A stretch of 64,000 bases of DNA, taken from contig JAEUIC010000019.1 in NCBI GenBank assembly GCA_016795285.1, positions 10,442-74,441 of the forward strand, given 5' to 3'. The DNA is from Planctomycetota bacterium (GTDB taxonomy: Bacteria > Planctomycetota > B15-G4 > SIAN01). Each line of letters begins with the position of its first letter. The first letter of the stretch is position 1. The notes under the pieces are model-generated. The model searched no databases and had not been told where the DNA came from. It worked only from the letters and a program-made list of their open reading frames with translations. The position numbers and the translations under genes are program-made. Of this stretch, positions 40,356 to 52,831 are shown in pieces.

Positions 40356-43300
40356 CGGCGTCGCTCCTCCCCGTGGATCGCGCGCAGCAACGGATCGCGC
40401 TCGCTCATGCGCGTGCGCACCGCCGGCGACGCGACGCCGAGCAGGCGCCGCTCGGTGCGCCGGCGCGCCTCCTCGAGCGACTTCGCCGCCGCCTCGGAGT
40501 GGCCCAACTCGCCCGCGATCAAGCCGTGCACCCAGTAGATCTCCGCCGCGCGCCGCCGCTCGATGCCGGCGGCCGACCCTTCGCGCAGCGCCTTGCGCGC
40601 GATCGCCAGCGCCCACGAGCCGCGCTTCATGTCGCGGTAGCAGAGCGCGAGCGCCGCCAGTCCGCGCGCTTCGAGGCGGCCGACGGCGAGCGAGTGGGCG
40701 CGCGCGATGGCGCGCCGCGCGCAGCGGATGGCGCGGTCGATCGAGTGGCCCGAGAAGCGCTCCCAGCGGTAGAGCAGGCTCAGCGAGCCGAGCGCGCTCA
40801 CCGCGAGGTAGCCGTCGTCGACGCGCAGCGCGAGGCGCAGCGACCGGACGTAGGGCTTGAAGGCGGCATCGGGATCGCCCGAGCGCGCCTCGATGTCGGC
40901 GCGCACGTACTCCGCCTGCGCGAGGTGGCGCAGGTCGAGGTCGGAGGCGGCCGACTTGCGCGCCACCTCGCACGCGCGGCGCGCCTTGTCCCAGTCGCAC
41001 AGCTCGCGCAGGAGGCGGGCGCTGCCGAGCACCAGCGCGCGATGGAGCGGCCGGAGCGCCGGCCCGCGCACGATCGAGCGCCCTTGTGAGAAGGCCTGCT
41101 CCGCTTCGTCGAACCGCTCGAGCTCGAGCAGCAGGTTGCCGCGCTCCTTGAAGTAGCGGCCGATCGACGCGACCGGCGCGCCGGCGTCGATCACCTGCTC
41201 GGCCTGCTCGAGCGCCTGCGCGGCGCGCTCCTCGTCGCCGCTCCAGAGCAGCACCTCGGCGAGGTCGAGCAGGATGAACGCGCGCTCCGCTCCTTGGCCG
41301 CGCGCGGACCGTTGCGCCGCTTCGTCGGCGGTGCGCAGGTAGGACTCGGCAGCGAGGAAGCGGCCGGTCCGCGAGGCGAGTCGGCCGAGGCCGTGGAAGG
41401 CGTGCGAGCGGACGCCGGCGTCATCGAGCTGCGCCGAGAGCTTGGCCGCCTCGGTCCAGGTGGCGCGCTCCTCCTCGCGCCGGCCGAGGCGATGGGCGAG
41501 CCCGCCGCGCAGCACGAGCGCCTGCGCCAGCAGCCGCTCGTCGGGCGGCGCCACGCGCGCGGCGGCGACCGCCGAGGCGACCAGCCGCCACGCCCGCTCG
41601 GGCGACCCTTCGAGTTCGAGCACGCGCGTCGCGCCGCGCAGCGTCGCCGCCAGGATCGTCCGCTCGCCGCCGAGGTCGGCATGCCACGCCGCCTTCAGCG
41701 CGGCGCGCGGCGGCGGCGACGGCTGCGCGAGCTCGCGCTGGTAGTAGCGGGCGGCGAGGCGATGGGTCTGCTGGCGCCGCTCGAGCGCGGTGGCGTGCAG
41801 CACGTGGCGCTGGAAGAGCGGCTCGCGGAAGCGGAGCTCGCCGGCGATGCGCTGCAGCGGACCGCCCTCGGCCAGCAGCGGCGCGAGGCGCAGGTCGAAC
41901 TCGGCCGCCGGCAGCGCGAGCATGTCGCGCAGCACCTGTTCGCGCACGTCGGCGCCGAGCACCGCGGTCGTCTCGAGCAGCTCGCGCTCGACGCTGCCGA
42001 GGCGCGCGAGCCGCTGCGCGTAGCGCTCGGCCAGGAGCGGCGGCAGCGAGCGGATCGCCGTCTTCTTGGCGGCGAGCGTGTCGAGCTTGCCGCGCGAGCG
42101 CAGCCACGAGGCGAGCTCGACGGCGTTGCCGGCGCTGCCCGCGGCGACCTCGTGGAGGCGCGCCGCGACCCGCTCGACGTGCGCTTCGTCGAAGCCGAGG
42201 TCGTGCGCCAGCGTGGTGAACGCCTCGCGCGGCGGATCGACCAGCGCGAGGCGCATGCTCCCCTTCGCCAGCGAGGCGTGCAGCGCGGCGAGCGTCCGCT
42301 CGGTCGGCAGCTCGTGCGCACGGGTGATCACCAGCAGGATCGGCGCGCGCTGCGCTTCCGCCACCAGCGCGTCGAGCGTGCGCAGCGTCTCGCCGTCAGC
42401 GTGCTCGGCGGCATCGAGCACCAGCAGCAGCGGCGCCTGCCGGGTGATGGCGACGAACAGCTCGACCAGCGCGGCGCGCAACGGCGCGAGCTGGCGCGCC
42501 GCCTTGCCGGCCCCTTCGCGCAGGAAGGCGCGCAGGAGCTGCTGCGCCTCGGGCCGCTCGGGCAGCAGTTCGCGCAGCTGCTGCTCGGCGCGCGCGTCGA
42601 CCGCGGCCGGGCCGGCGGCGGCCGCCTCGGAGAGCCCGCACGCGTCGGCCAGCAGCTCGCGCAATGGCTCGAGCGGCTGACCCGACTCGCGACCGCTCGC
42701 GACCAGGAAGAAGCCCTGCGGCCCGACCCGCTCGAGGCGATCGGCGAGCGCATCGACGAGGCGCGTCTTGCCGACGCCGGGCTCCCCCTCGAGCACGACG
42801 CGACGCAGGCTGCCCGCGAAGGCCGCGCGCGCCTCGTCGACCAGCAGCGCCAGTTCGTGCTGGCGACCGAGCAGGCGGGTGGCGCGCCGCACCGCGAGGC
42901 GACGGCGGCCGGCCGAGACCTGCAGCGAGACCGGCGCGGTGGCGGTGCGCCAGAAGTCGGAGCGCTCGGCGCCGACGAACGCCGCGGCGGCCTGTTCGGC
43001 GCTGGCGAGGCGGGCCGCCGGGTCGCGCTCGAGGAGCGCCTGCACGATTCGCTCCAGGAAGTAGCTCAGCTCGGGGCGCAGCTCGGTGAGCGGGGTCGGG
43101 TCGCGCGTCTGGAGCGCGGCGACGTAGGCGTCGTAGCCGAGGTCGCGCTCGCGCGCCCACGGATGGTGGCCGGCCGCCATCTCGTAGAGGACGACGCCGA
43201 GCGCGAAGAGGTCGCTCTGCGGCGTCGCGGGGGCGCCGGCGAGCTGCTCGGGCGCGGCGTAGGCGACGGTCCCGAGGAAACGGCCCGACGAGGTGGCGCC

Positions 43301-43891
43301 CGAGGACGGCGGCGGCGTCGGATGGGCGCCCGCCTCGGGGGGCAGCGGCTCCTCGGCGGTGATCAGGCGGGCGAGGCCGAAGTCGACCAACTTCACCTGG
43401 CCGCGCTCGTCGAGGAAGAGGTTGGCCGGCTTCAGGTCGCGGTGGACGATGTTGCGCCCGTGGACGAAGGCGAGCGTCTCGGCGACTTGGCGGCCGACCT
43501 CGCGCACCACCGGTTCGGGCTGCGGCCCCTCGAGCTCGAGGCGGCTCTGCAGGCTGCCGCCGGTGAGGAGTTCCTGCACGATGTAGTGGACCCGGCGATC
43601 GCCGCCGAGGCGCAAGCTGCCGATCTCGTAGACGCGGGCGATCCCGGCGTGGCCAGCCCCGAGCCCGACCCCCGCCTCGCGCTTGAAGCGGCGCACGATC
43701 TGGGCGTCGGGGGCGAAGCTCGGGTCGAGGACCTTGAGCGCGACCTCGTCGCCCGAGCGCAGGCCGCGGCGTCGCCCGACGACCGTGGCGCGGTAGACGG
43801 CGCCCATCGCGCCGGCCCCGAGGAGGCCGCGGATGCGGTAGCCGCGGAGCTCCTCCGGAAGGGCGAGAAAACGGGTGGCGGGGCTTGGCAT
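40352..43891 (-). CDS. Ser/Thr protein kinase fused to a P-loop ATPase domain and a long TPR-like C-terminal region
   Basis: Kinase subdomains: GLLGAGAMGAVY...ALKVL...HRDLKPANLFL...DFGLA...APE. Downstream Walker A GEPGVGKTRLVD. About 500 aa of Ala/Leu-rich helical repeats. ATG at 43891; a GTG at 43933 is also possible. Confidence 0.85.
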   Translation of the reverse strand: MPSPATRFLALPEELRGYRIRGLLGAGAMGAVYRATVVGRRRGLRSGDEVALKVLDPSFAPDAQIVRRFKREAGVGLGAGHAGIARVYEIGSLRLGGDRRVHYIVQELLTGGSLQSRLELEGPQPEPVVREVGRQVAETLAFVHGRNIVHRDLKPANLFLDERGQVKLVDFGLARLITAEEPLPPEAGAHPTPPPSSGATSSGRFLGTVAYAAPEQLAGAPATPQSDLFALGVVLYEMAAGHHPWARERDLGYDAYVAALQTRDPTPLTELRPELSYFLERIVQALLERDPAARLASAEQAAAAFVGAERSDFWRTATAPVSLQVSAGRRRLAVRRATRLLGRQHELALLVDEARAAFAGSLRRVVLEGEPGVGKTRLVDALADRLERVGPQGFFLVASGRESGQPLEPLRELLADACGLSEAAAAGPAAVDARAEQQLRELLPERPEAQQLLRAFLREGAGKAARQLAPLRAALVELFVAITRQAPLLLVLDAAEHADGETLRTLDALVAEAQRAPILLVITRAHELPTERTLAALHASLAKGSMRLALVDPPREAFTTLAHDLGFDEAHVERVAARLHEVAAGSAGNAVELASWLRSRGKLDTLAAKKTAIRSLPPLLAERYAQRLARLGSVERELLETTAVLGADVREQVLRDMLALPAAEFDLRLAPLLAEGGPLQRIAGELRFREPLFQRHVLHATALERRQQTHRLAARYYQRELAQPSPPPRAALKAAWHADLGGERTILAATLRGATRVLELEGSPERAWRLVASAVAAARVAPPDERLLAQALVLRGGLAHRLGRREEERATWTEAAKLSAQLDDAGVRSHAFHGLGRLASRTGRFLAAESYLRTADEAAQRSARGQGAERAFILLDLAEVLLWSGDEERAAQALEQAEQVIDAGAPVASIGRYFKERGNLLLELERFDEAEQAFSQGRSIVRGPALRPLHRALVLGSARLLRELCDWDKARRACEVARKSAASDLDLRHLAQAEYVRADIEARSGDPDAAFKPYVRSLRLALRVDDGYLAVSALGSLSLLYRWERFSGHSIDRAIRCARRAIARAHSLAVGRLEARGLAALALCYRDMKRGSWALAIARKALREGSAAGIERRRAAEIYWVHGLIAGELGHSEAAAKSLEEARRRTERRLLGVASPAVRTRMSERDPLLRAIHGEERRR

Positions 43892-44031
43892 CACGCTCGA
43901 GCCAGGGTGGCGGTCGCCTTGACTCGACCGCACGGCTCCTAGAGACTACCGCGCCCTTTCTCGGGCACTAAGGAACAGCTCGACCGTCCTCGACCATCCG
44001 CTCGGTCCGGTCACCGGTCGGTCGCGACGCC

Positions 44032-45504
44032 ATGGCGATCCGCTTCCACAACACGCTCACGCGCCGCGTCGAGGAGTTCGTGCCCGGTCGACCGGGCGAG
44101 GTCCGCATGTACCACTGCGGCCCGACGGTCTACTCGACGCCGCACATCGGCAATTACCGGACCTTCCTGCTCGGCGACCTGCTGCGCCGCTTCCTCGAAT
44201 GGAAGGGGCTGCGGGTGCTCCAGGTGATGAACCTCACCGACGTCGGCCACCTGCTCGACGACGCGGAGGAGGGCGAGGACAAGCTCGAGGCGGCGGCGAA
44301 GAAGGCCAAGAAGACCGCCTGGGAGATCGCCGAGCACTACACGCAGGAGTTCTTCGAGGGGCTCGACTACCTCGGCTTCAAGCGCGCCCACCACTACCCG
44401 AAGGCGACCACCCACGTCGCCGAGATGATCGCGATGATCGAAGTGCTCGAGCAGAAGGGGCTCGCCTACAAGGTCCCTTCGGGCAACGTCTACTTCGAGA
44501 TCGCCAAGTTCCCCGCCTACGGCCGCCTGTCGGGCAACACCGCCGAGGAGCTCGAGGCGGGCGCCCGCATCGAGGTGAACCCGGAGAAGCGCGACCCGCG
44601 CGACTTCGCGCTCTGGAAGATCGACGCCCACCACCAGATGCAGTGGGACTCGCCGTGGGGACGCGGCTTTCCCGGCTGGCACATCGAGTGCTCGGCCATG
44701 TCGAAGAAGTACCTCGGCGAGAGCTTCGACCTCCACACCGGCGGCGAGGACAACGTCTTCCCCCACCACGAATGCGAGATCGCCCAGTCGGAAGGGGCGA
44801 GCGGCAAGCCGTTCGTCCGCCACTGGATGCACGCCCGCCACCTGCTGGTCGACGCCACGAAGATGAGCAAGCGGCTCGGCAACGTGCACACGGCGCAGAG
44901 CCTGCGCGCGAAGGGTTACAGCGGCGAAGCGCTGCGCGTCGCCCTGCAGAAGGCGCACTACCGCGAGCCGCTCAACTTCACGCTCGCCGGCCTCGACGAG
45001 GCGGAGAAGAAGGTCGCGCGCTACCGCGACGTCGCCGAGCGGCTCGCCAGCGCGGCGGCTCCGGGCGCCGCGACCGGCACGGCCGCCGCTGCCCCGAGCA
45101 GCGCCATGGCGACCCTCCTCTCCGACCTGCGCGGGCGGTTCGAGGCGGCGCTCGACGACGACCTGAACGTCTCGGTCGCCTTCGCCGTCCTCGACGAGGC
45201 GGTCGGCGAGGCGAACCGGCGCGCCCCGCAAGGCGCCGACGCAGCCGCCCACCTCGCCCTCTTGCGCGAGTTGTGGAGCGTGTTCGGATTGGTCGAGAAG
45301 TCGCTTGAATCGGCCGCCCTCGCCGATGCGCAAGTGCAGGCGCTGATCGACGAGCGCGAGGCGGCGCGCAAGCGGCGCGACTTCAAGCGGGCGGACGAAA
45401 TCCGCGTGCTGCTGAAGGAGCGCGGCATCGAGCTGCTCGACGGGAAGGACGGCGTCCGCTTCAAGCGGAGCAGCGACCGGCCCGGCGGCGACGCGAAGAG
45501 CTGA
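44032..45504 (+). CDS. cysS: Cysteine--tRNA ligase
   Basis: HIGNYRT (HIGH) and KMSKRLGN (KMSKS) motifs, in the contexts ...MYHCGPTVYSTPHIGNYRT... and ...KMSKRLGN.... Confidence 0.95.
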   Translation: MAIRFHNTLTRRVEEFVPGRPGEVRMYHCGPTVYSTPHIGNYRTFLLGDLLRRFLEWKGLRVLQVMNLTDVGHLLDDAEEGEDKLEAAAKKAKKTAWEIAEHYTQEFFEGLDYLGFKRAHHYPKATTHVAEMIAMIEVLEQKGLAYKVPSGNVYFEIAKFPAYGRLSGNTAEELEAGARIEVNPEKRDPRDFALWKIDAHHQMQWDSPWGRGFPGWHIECSAMSKKYLGESFDLHTGGEDNVFPHHECEIAQSEGASGKPFVRHWMHARHLLVDATKMSKRLGNVHTAQSLRAKGYSGEALRVALQKAHYREPLNFTLAGLDEAEKKVARYRDVAERLASAAAPGAATGTAAAAPSSAMATLLSDLRGRFEAALDDDLNVSVAFAVLDEAVGEANRRAPQGADAAAHLALLRELWSVFGLVEKSLESAALADAQVQALIDEREAARKRRDFKRADEIRVLLKERGIELLDGKDGVRFKRSSDRPGGDAKS

Positions 45505-45570
45505 GAGCCGAGAGCTGTACGGCAACCGAGCGGCCCCGCGCCGCTCGAACTGGATCCTGGGAGAAGAGTG

Positions 45571-46785
45571 ATGAAGCTGGCCCCGACGCTGCTGGTGCTC
45601 GCCGCTTTCGGCGTGCTGCTCTGGGTGAGCACGAAGAAGCCGGCCGATGCGGACGACGGCGCCACGCCGCACGCCGCCGCACCGCACACCGATGCGCACG
45701 GTGGCGCCCCGGAAGCGCACGGCACGGCCCCCGCGACCGACTCGGGGCATGGCACGACGGCGTCGAGCGAGCTGGTGAAGTCGATCCCGGCCACCCCGGT
45801 GCTGCCGCCGCCGCCGCGCAACCCCAACAGCATCGTGGTGACGGTGCGCGATCCGGCCGGCCGCGGCCAGCCGCAGATCCACGTCTCGCTGCTCGATGGC
45901 GCCGGCAAGCCGGTCGCGAAGAAGAGCAGCGACGCCGCCGGTCGCGTCGCCTTCGACGGCGTCGCGCCGGGCAGCTACCGCGTGGTCGCCTACGACCCGG
46001 ACTACCTCTACACGGCGCGCGGCGAAGCGAGCCTCGTCGCCAAGGCGAACGAGTTCCAGGAGACCGAGCTGCGCGTCGAGCGCGGCAGCTGCGGCCTGCG
46101 CGGCAGCGTGGTCGACGGCAGCGGCCGGCCGCTGGTCGAGCGCAAGGTGCTGCTCACCGCGGGCGGCGCCGAGTTCGCGGTCAACACCGATGCCAAGGGG
46201 CGCTTCCTGGTGAACGGCCTCGTCGCCGGCAACTGGACGGTCGCCGCCGACGGCTTCCCCGATCGCAAGCAGGCGATCACCCTCGCCCATGGCGCGACCG
46301 GCGAAGTCGCGCTCCTGCTGGCCAGCACGAGCTCGATCGAAGTCGAGCTCTCCGGCTCGCATCTCCACCCGGCGCACTTCGTCGGCGGCGAGCAGGCGCT
46401 GCTGCGGCCGGCGGCGGGCGGCGAGCCGCTCGTCCGCAAGATGGAACTGCTCACCGACGGCAGCCACGAGCACGCCAACGTCGCGCGCGCCCGCTTCGAC
46501 GGCCTCGCGCCGGGCGCGTGGAAGCTCGAGGTGGTCGACGCCAAGGGGGCGAGCCTGATCGGCCATGAAGCGGCGTGGAAGCGGCCGGTGCCGCTCGACC
46601 TCGCCGAGGGCAGCCACCGCGTGGTGCCGCTGAAGACGATCGCCTCCGCGCGCGGCGCCGGCGTCGAGGTGCCGACGCTCGCCATCGTCTTCATGGTCGT
46701 GGTGATCGGCGGGCTGATCGTGGCGACGCCGATCCTCTTCCCGCCGCCGCTGGTCGCCAAGCGGCCGCTCGGCGTGCAGCGCTGA
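45571..46785 (+). CDS. Membrane-anchored protein with CarboxypepD_reg-like beta-sandwich repeats
   Basis: N-terminal anchor MKLAPTLLVLAAFGVLLWV. Modules GRVAFDGVAPGSYRVVAYD and GSVVDGSGRPL...DAKGRFLVNGLVAGNWTV. C-terminal TM LAIVFMVVVIGGLIVATPILF. Confidence 0.6.
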   Translation: MKLAPTLLVLAAFGVLLWVSTKKPADADDGATPHAAAPHTDAHGGAPEAHGTAPATDSGHGTTASSELVKSIPATPVLPPPPRNPNSIVVTVRDPAGRGQPQIHVSLLDGAGKPVAKKSSDAAGRVAFDGVAPGSYRVVAYDPDYLYTARGEASLVAKANEFQETELRVERGSCGLRGSVVDGSGRPLVERKVLLTAGGAEFAVNTDAKGRFLVNGLVAGNWTVAADGFPDRKQAITLAHGATGEVALLLASTSSIEVELSGSHLHPAHFVGGEQALLRPAAGGEPLVRKMELLTDGSHEHANVARARFDGLAPGAWKLEVVDAKGASLIGHEAAWKRPVPLDLAEGSHRVVPLKTIASARGAGVEVPTLAIVFMVVVIGGLIVATPILFPPPLVAKRPLGVQR

Positions 46786-46940
46786 GACCGACGGCGGCGC
46801 AACCCGACCCGCGGCTGCGATCGAGCGGCGGCTCGGCGGCTGCGGCGCGACTGCGGGTCGCCGGCACTGCACCGTCGATTTCACGCCGCTGACCAGCCGC
46901 GGCTCTCTCACCGTGCCCTTGGCGCGAGTGGGAGAAGCGC

Positions 46941-48158
46941 TTGTCCGCGAACGACGCGATCGCCTGCCCCCCTGAGCTTCCGGATGAGCTTCCGGACGCG
47001 GACCGCCCGAGGCGGCCGCTCCGCCGACCGCACCGCTACGTCGCCGCACGCGCCGTCGCGGCGGCGGCCGCGGCGCTCGCCGTGCTCCTGGGCGCACCGC
47101 CCTCCCTGCCGGCGAGCGGCGGGCTGCACGGCACCGAGCGCTCCTTCGCGATGGGCTTCACGCCGTTCCCCCACGACGGCGGCGCGGCGGGGCTCTTCGA
47201 TGCACTCGCCACGATCGAGCAGGAAGGCGACCTCACCGTCTTCCACTACGACGACGGCGTGCCGTGGAACGAGGCGCTCGCCGGCCTCCCCCATCCCGAC
47301 CGCGCCACGCTGAGCTGGCTGCGCTCGCTGGTACCGAGCGGCCAGCACATCTACCTGGCGGTCACGCCGATCGCCCTCTCGCGCGACCGCCTCGCGCCCT
47401 GCTGGCCGAACCTCCCGCTGACGCCGCCGTGGGACACGCTGCCGTTCGACGACCCCGCGGTGGTGACGGCGTTCACGAACCACTGCGAGGAGATGCTCGC
47501 GCTCTTCCAGCCCGATTACTTCGCGCTGTCGATCGAAGCGAACCTCGTCCACACGCTGGCGCCCGCGAAGTGGAGTGCTTGGCTCTCGCTAGCGCAGCAG
47601 GTCGCCACGGCGCTGCGCGCGAGCCATCCCGGCCTGCCGCTGTTCGCCACGCTGCAGGCCGACGAGTTCTGGCTGCGCCTCGCCGATCCGCCCGACCCGA
47701 CCACCGGCCTCACGCAGGCGCAGGCGGCGCGGCAGGTGGTGGCGCTCTCCGACTGCGTCGCGATCAGCAGCTACCCCGCCATGCTCACGTATCGGGGCCG
47801 CGTCGCCGAGCTGCCGCCCGGCTACTTCGAGGCGCTGCGGCGGCTCGATCCCACGAAGCCGTTCGCCATCGCCGAGACCGGCTGGCCGGGCGAGCTGCTC
47901 GATGCGCCGTGGCCCTGGAAGCTGGGCACCAGCGCGCTCGACCAGCGCGACTGGGTCGAGGCGCTGCTCGGCGCCGCCGATCGCCACCACGCGCTCTTCG
48001 TCAACTGGTACCTCACGCGCGACTACGACGCGCTGTGGAGCTCGGGCTCGATCGCGCAGGATGCGCTGAACCGCTACTTCCGCGACATGGGGCTGAAGGA
48101 CGGGCTCGGTCGCACGCGACCCGGCTTGCTCTCCTGGCGGCGCTGGCTCGCGCGCTGA
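46941..48158 (+). CDS. Putative clan GH-A-like TIM-barrel glycoside hydrolase (uncharacterised family)
   Basis: Candidate acid/base ...FALSIEANLV and nucleophile ...PFAIAETGWPG (compare the GH17 (V/I)SE(S/T)GWP motif). Start uncertain: a possible signal peptide begins near VAARAVAAAAAALAVLLGA. Confidence 0.45.
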   Translation: MSANDAIACPPELPDELPDADRPRRPLRRPHRYVAARAVAAAAAALAVLLGAPPSLPASGGLHGTERSFAMGFTPFPHDGGAAGLFDALATIEQEGDLTVFHYDDGVPWNEALAGLPHPDRATLSWLRSLVPSGQHIYLAVTPIALSRDRLAPCWPNLPLTPPWDTLPFDDPAVVTAFTNHCEEMLALFQPDYFALSIEANLVHTLAPAKWSAWLSLAQQVATALRASHPGLPLFATLQADEFWLRLADPPDPTTGLTQAQAARQVVALSDCVAISSYPAMLTYRGRVAELPPGYFEALRRLDPTKPFAIAETGWPGELLDAPWPWKLGTSALDQRDWVEALLGAADRHHALFVNWYLTRDYDALWSSGSIAQDALNRYFRDMGLKDGLGRTRPGLLSWRRWLAR

Positions 48159-48204
48159 GCGACGCGCACGGCAGAGGTGACGGGAAGCGCTTCGCCTCCC
48201 CCGC

Positions 48205-48855
48205 TCAGCGGCGGCGCGGCGCCTTGCGAGCGGCCGGCTTCTTCCCGCGCAACTTGCGCATCGGGCGCACCTTCTTGCGCGCTGGAGCGGCCGCCTCGGG
48301 AGGCGCCTCCTCGGCGGGAGCCGCTTCGTCGGCCGCCGCCTCCTCGTCGTCGCCCTCGTCGTCGCCCTCGTCGTCGCCATCGTCGGCCGCAGCGTCGTCG
48401 GCCGCGCCGGTCATGCCCTCGCCTGCGGGCGCCGCGCTGCTGCCAGCGGGATCGCCGGCGACCGCGCCCTCCGTGAGCGGCTGGCCATCCTCGCCGAGCA
48501 CCGGATCGCCCCGCTCGTCGCGCAGCTTGTGGAGGAGGTCGCCCATCTTGATGGCGCCCTCGACCGACTCGTCGTACTCGAAGGAGAGCTGCGGCGCCGT
48601 GCGCGTGCGCAGCCCCTCGGCGACGCGCCGCTGCACGTAGAGCTTCGAGCTCTCGAGCGCGTGGCGCGTCTTGCTGCGGTCGCCCTCGCTGCCGAAGACC
48701 GACCAGAAGATCACGCAGCTGGTGAAGTCGGGCGCGAGCTTGACCCGCGTGATGGTCACGAACCCCATGCGCGGGTCCTTCAGCTCGAACAGGATCACGT
48801 GCGCCGCTCGCTGGCGGATCTGCTCGGCAATGCGGAGGTTCACGCGGCTTGACAT
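48205..48855 (-). CDS. rbfA: Ribosome-binding factor A with ~100-aa acidic/basic low-complexity C-terminal extension
   Basis: MSSRVNLRIAEQIRQRAAHVILFELKDPRMGFVTITRVKLAPDFTSCVIFWSVFG is the RbfA KH-like fold. Then ...DDGDDEGDDEGDDEE...KKVRPMRKLRGKKPAARKAPRRR. The DDEG run is encoded by a 12-bp tandem repeat at about 48340-48380. Confidence 0.8.
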   Translation of the reverse strand: MSSRVNLRIAEQIRQRAAHVILFELKDPRMGFVTITRVKLAPDFTSCVIFWSVFGSEGDRSKTRHALESSKLYVQRRVAEGLRTRTAPQLSFEYDESVEGAIKMGDLLHKLRDERGDPVLGEDGQPLTEGAVAGDPAGSSAAPAGEGMTGAADDAAADDGDDEGDDEGDDEEAAADEAAPAEEAPPEAAAPARKKVRPMRKLRGKKPAARKAPRRR

Positions 48856-49133
48856 CGGCACGACCCATCGGGGCGGCGGCACCGGAAGACGGCGCCGCCA
48901 GGAGCGGGAAGGGCGTTCAGTTGAGCGGGCCGGGCCGCCGCCGCAAGGGGCGCGCGGCCGCGCCCGGCTGCGTCGCTCGCTGGGCCGCTCGCTGGGCCGC
49001 TCGCGGCGCGGGTCGCGGCGGCGGCTCGCGGCGGCCCGACGCGGCGCTCGCGACGCTGCGCACGCCGTCTACGATCGCCCGCGACGGCCTGCGCCTGCGC
49101 CCGGCAGCGCCACGCCGGCGAGGAGCTCCCGCG

Positions 49134-49418
49134 ATGATGGAAGTCGGCATCCTGCAGTTCACCGTGCTGCTGCGCGGCTGCCACTCGCTGAAGGAGAAGC
49201 GCCACGTCCTGAAGTCGATCAAGGACAAGCTGCACGCGCAGTTCAACGTCTCGGTGGCCGAGGTCGACGACCACGACCTCTGGCAGAAGGGGACGATCGG
49301 CGTGGTGACCTGCAGCAACGACGCCACCCGCGTCCGCTCGCTGCTCGACAAGATCGTGATGATGGTGCGGCTCCACCCGACCGCCGAGCTGCTCGACCAC
49401 CAGGTCGAGGTGCTGTGA
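49134..49418 (+). CDS. DUF503 (YlxP-like) protein, encoded on the strand opposite to infB and rbfA
   Basis: MMEVGILQFTVLLRGCHSLKEKRHVLKSIKDKLHAQFNVSVAEVDDHDLWQKGTIGVVTCSNDATRVRSLLDKIV aligns along its whole length with YlxP-family proteins. AGGAG 8 nt upstream of the ATG. Confidence 0.8.
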   Translation: MMEVGILQFTVLLRGCHSLKEKRHVLKSIKDKLHAQFNVSVAEVDDHDLWQKGTIGVVTCSNDATRVRSLLDKIVMMVRLHPTAELLDHQVEVL

Positions 49419-49548
49419 GCGCCGCGAGGGGAGGCCGCTGCCACGGGAGGCCGCCCCGCCGCACCTGCTGAACGGGGCGGGCGGCCGCGGCCGTAGAGGG
49501 CGCTCGCGCGGCGAGACGTCTCGGGAGTGGCCGCTGCAGGAGTCCACC

Positions 49549-49728
49549 GTGCCGATCGCACCGAACACCAGCTACGTCGCCGGTTGGGGCACGCTCGCCC
49601 TCATCAATGCCGGGCTCGCGCAAGGCAAGCGGCGCAGCGGCCTCAACTGGTTCCTCGCCTCGCTCCTGCTCGGCCCGCTGGCCACCTTCCTGCTGGTCGC
49701 CTTCTGCGACGAAGGCAAGCGGGGCTGA
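49549..49728 (+). CDS. Candidate small membrane protein (59 aa), not in the ORF track
   Basis: GTG with AGGAG 7 nt upstream. VPIAPNTSYVAGWGTLALINAGLAQGKRRSGLNWFLASLLLGPLATFLLVAFCDEGKRG has two hydrophobic helices. Confidence 0.3.
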   Translation: MPIAPNTSYVAGWGTLALINAGLAQGKRRSGLNWFLASLLLGPLATFLLVAFCDEGKRG

Positions 49729-49882
49729 CCCAGCTCGCGAGCCGCGCGGCCGCTTGCACGCGGGCGCGGCCCGCGGCGCCGGCCGTTCCGCGCCGCCTCC
49801 CCCGACAGCACCGCGGCGGCCCCGGTTCCCCGGAGCCGCCGCGGCGTCGTTCGGATCGACTTCCCGTTCGCGAGGCGCCAGC

Positions 49883-52768
<2,886 letters not shown>

Positions 52769-52831
52769 GCGACGACTCCTCGGACGATCAGCTCAGATTT
52801 TCGTTCGAAACGACCTAGTCCACGCCGCGAC

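Noticed and set aside
44011-47097. 1028-aa minus-strand ORF spanning cysS and the next gene
   Set aside because: Antisense to an unambiguous cysS (HIGH/KMSKS motifs). Junk composition.
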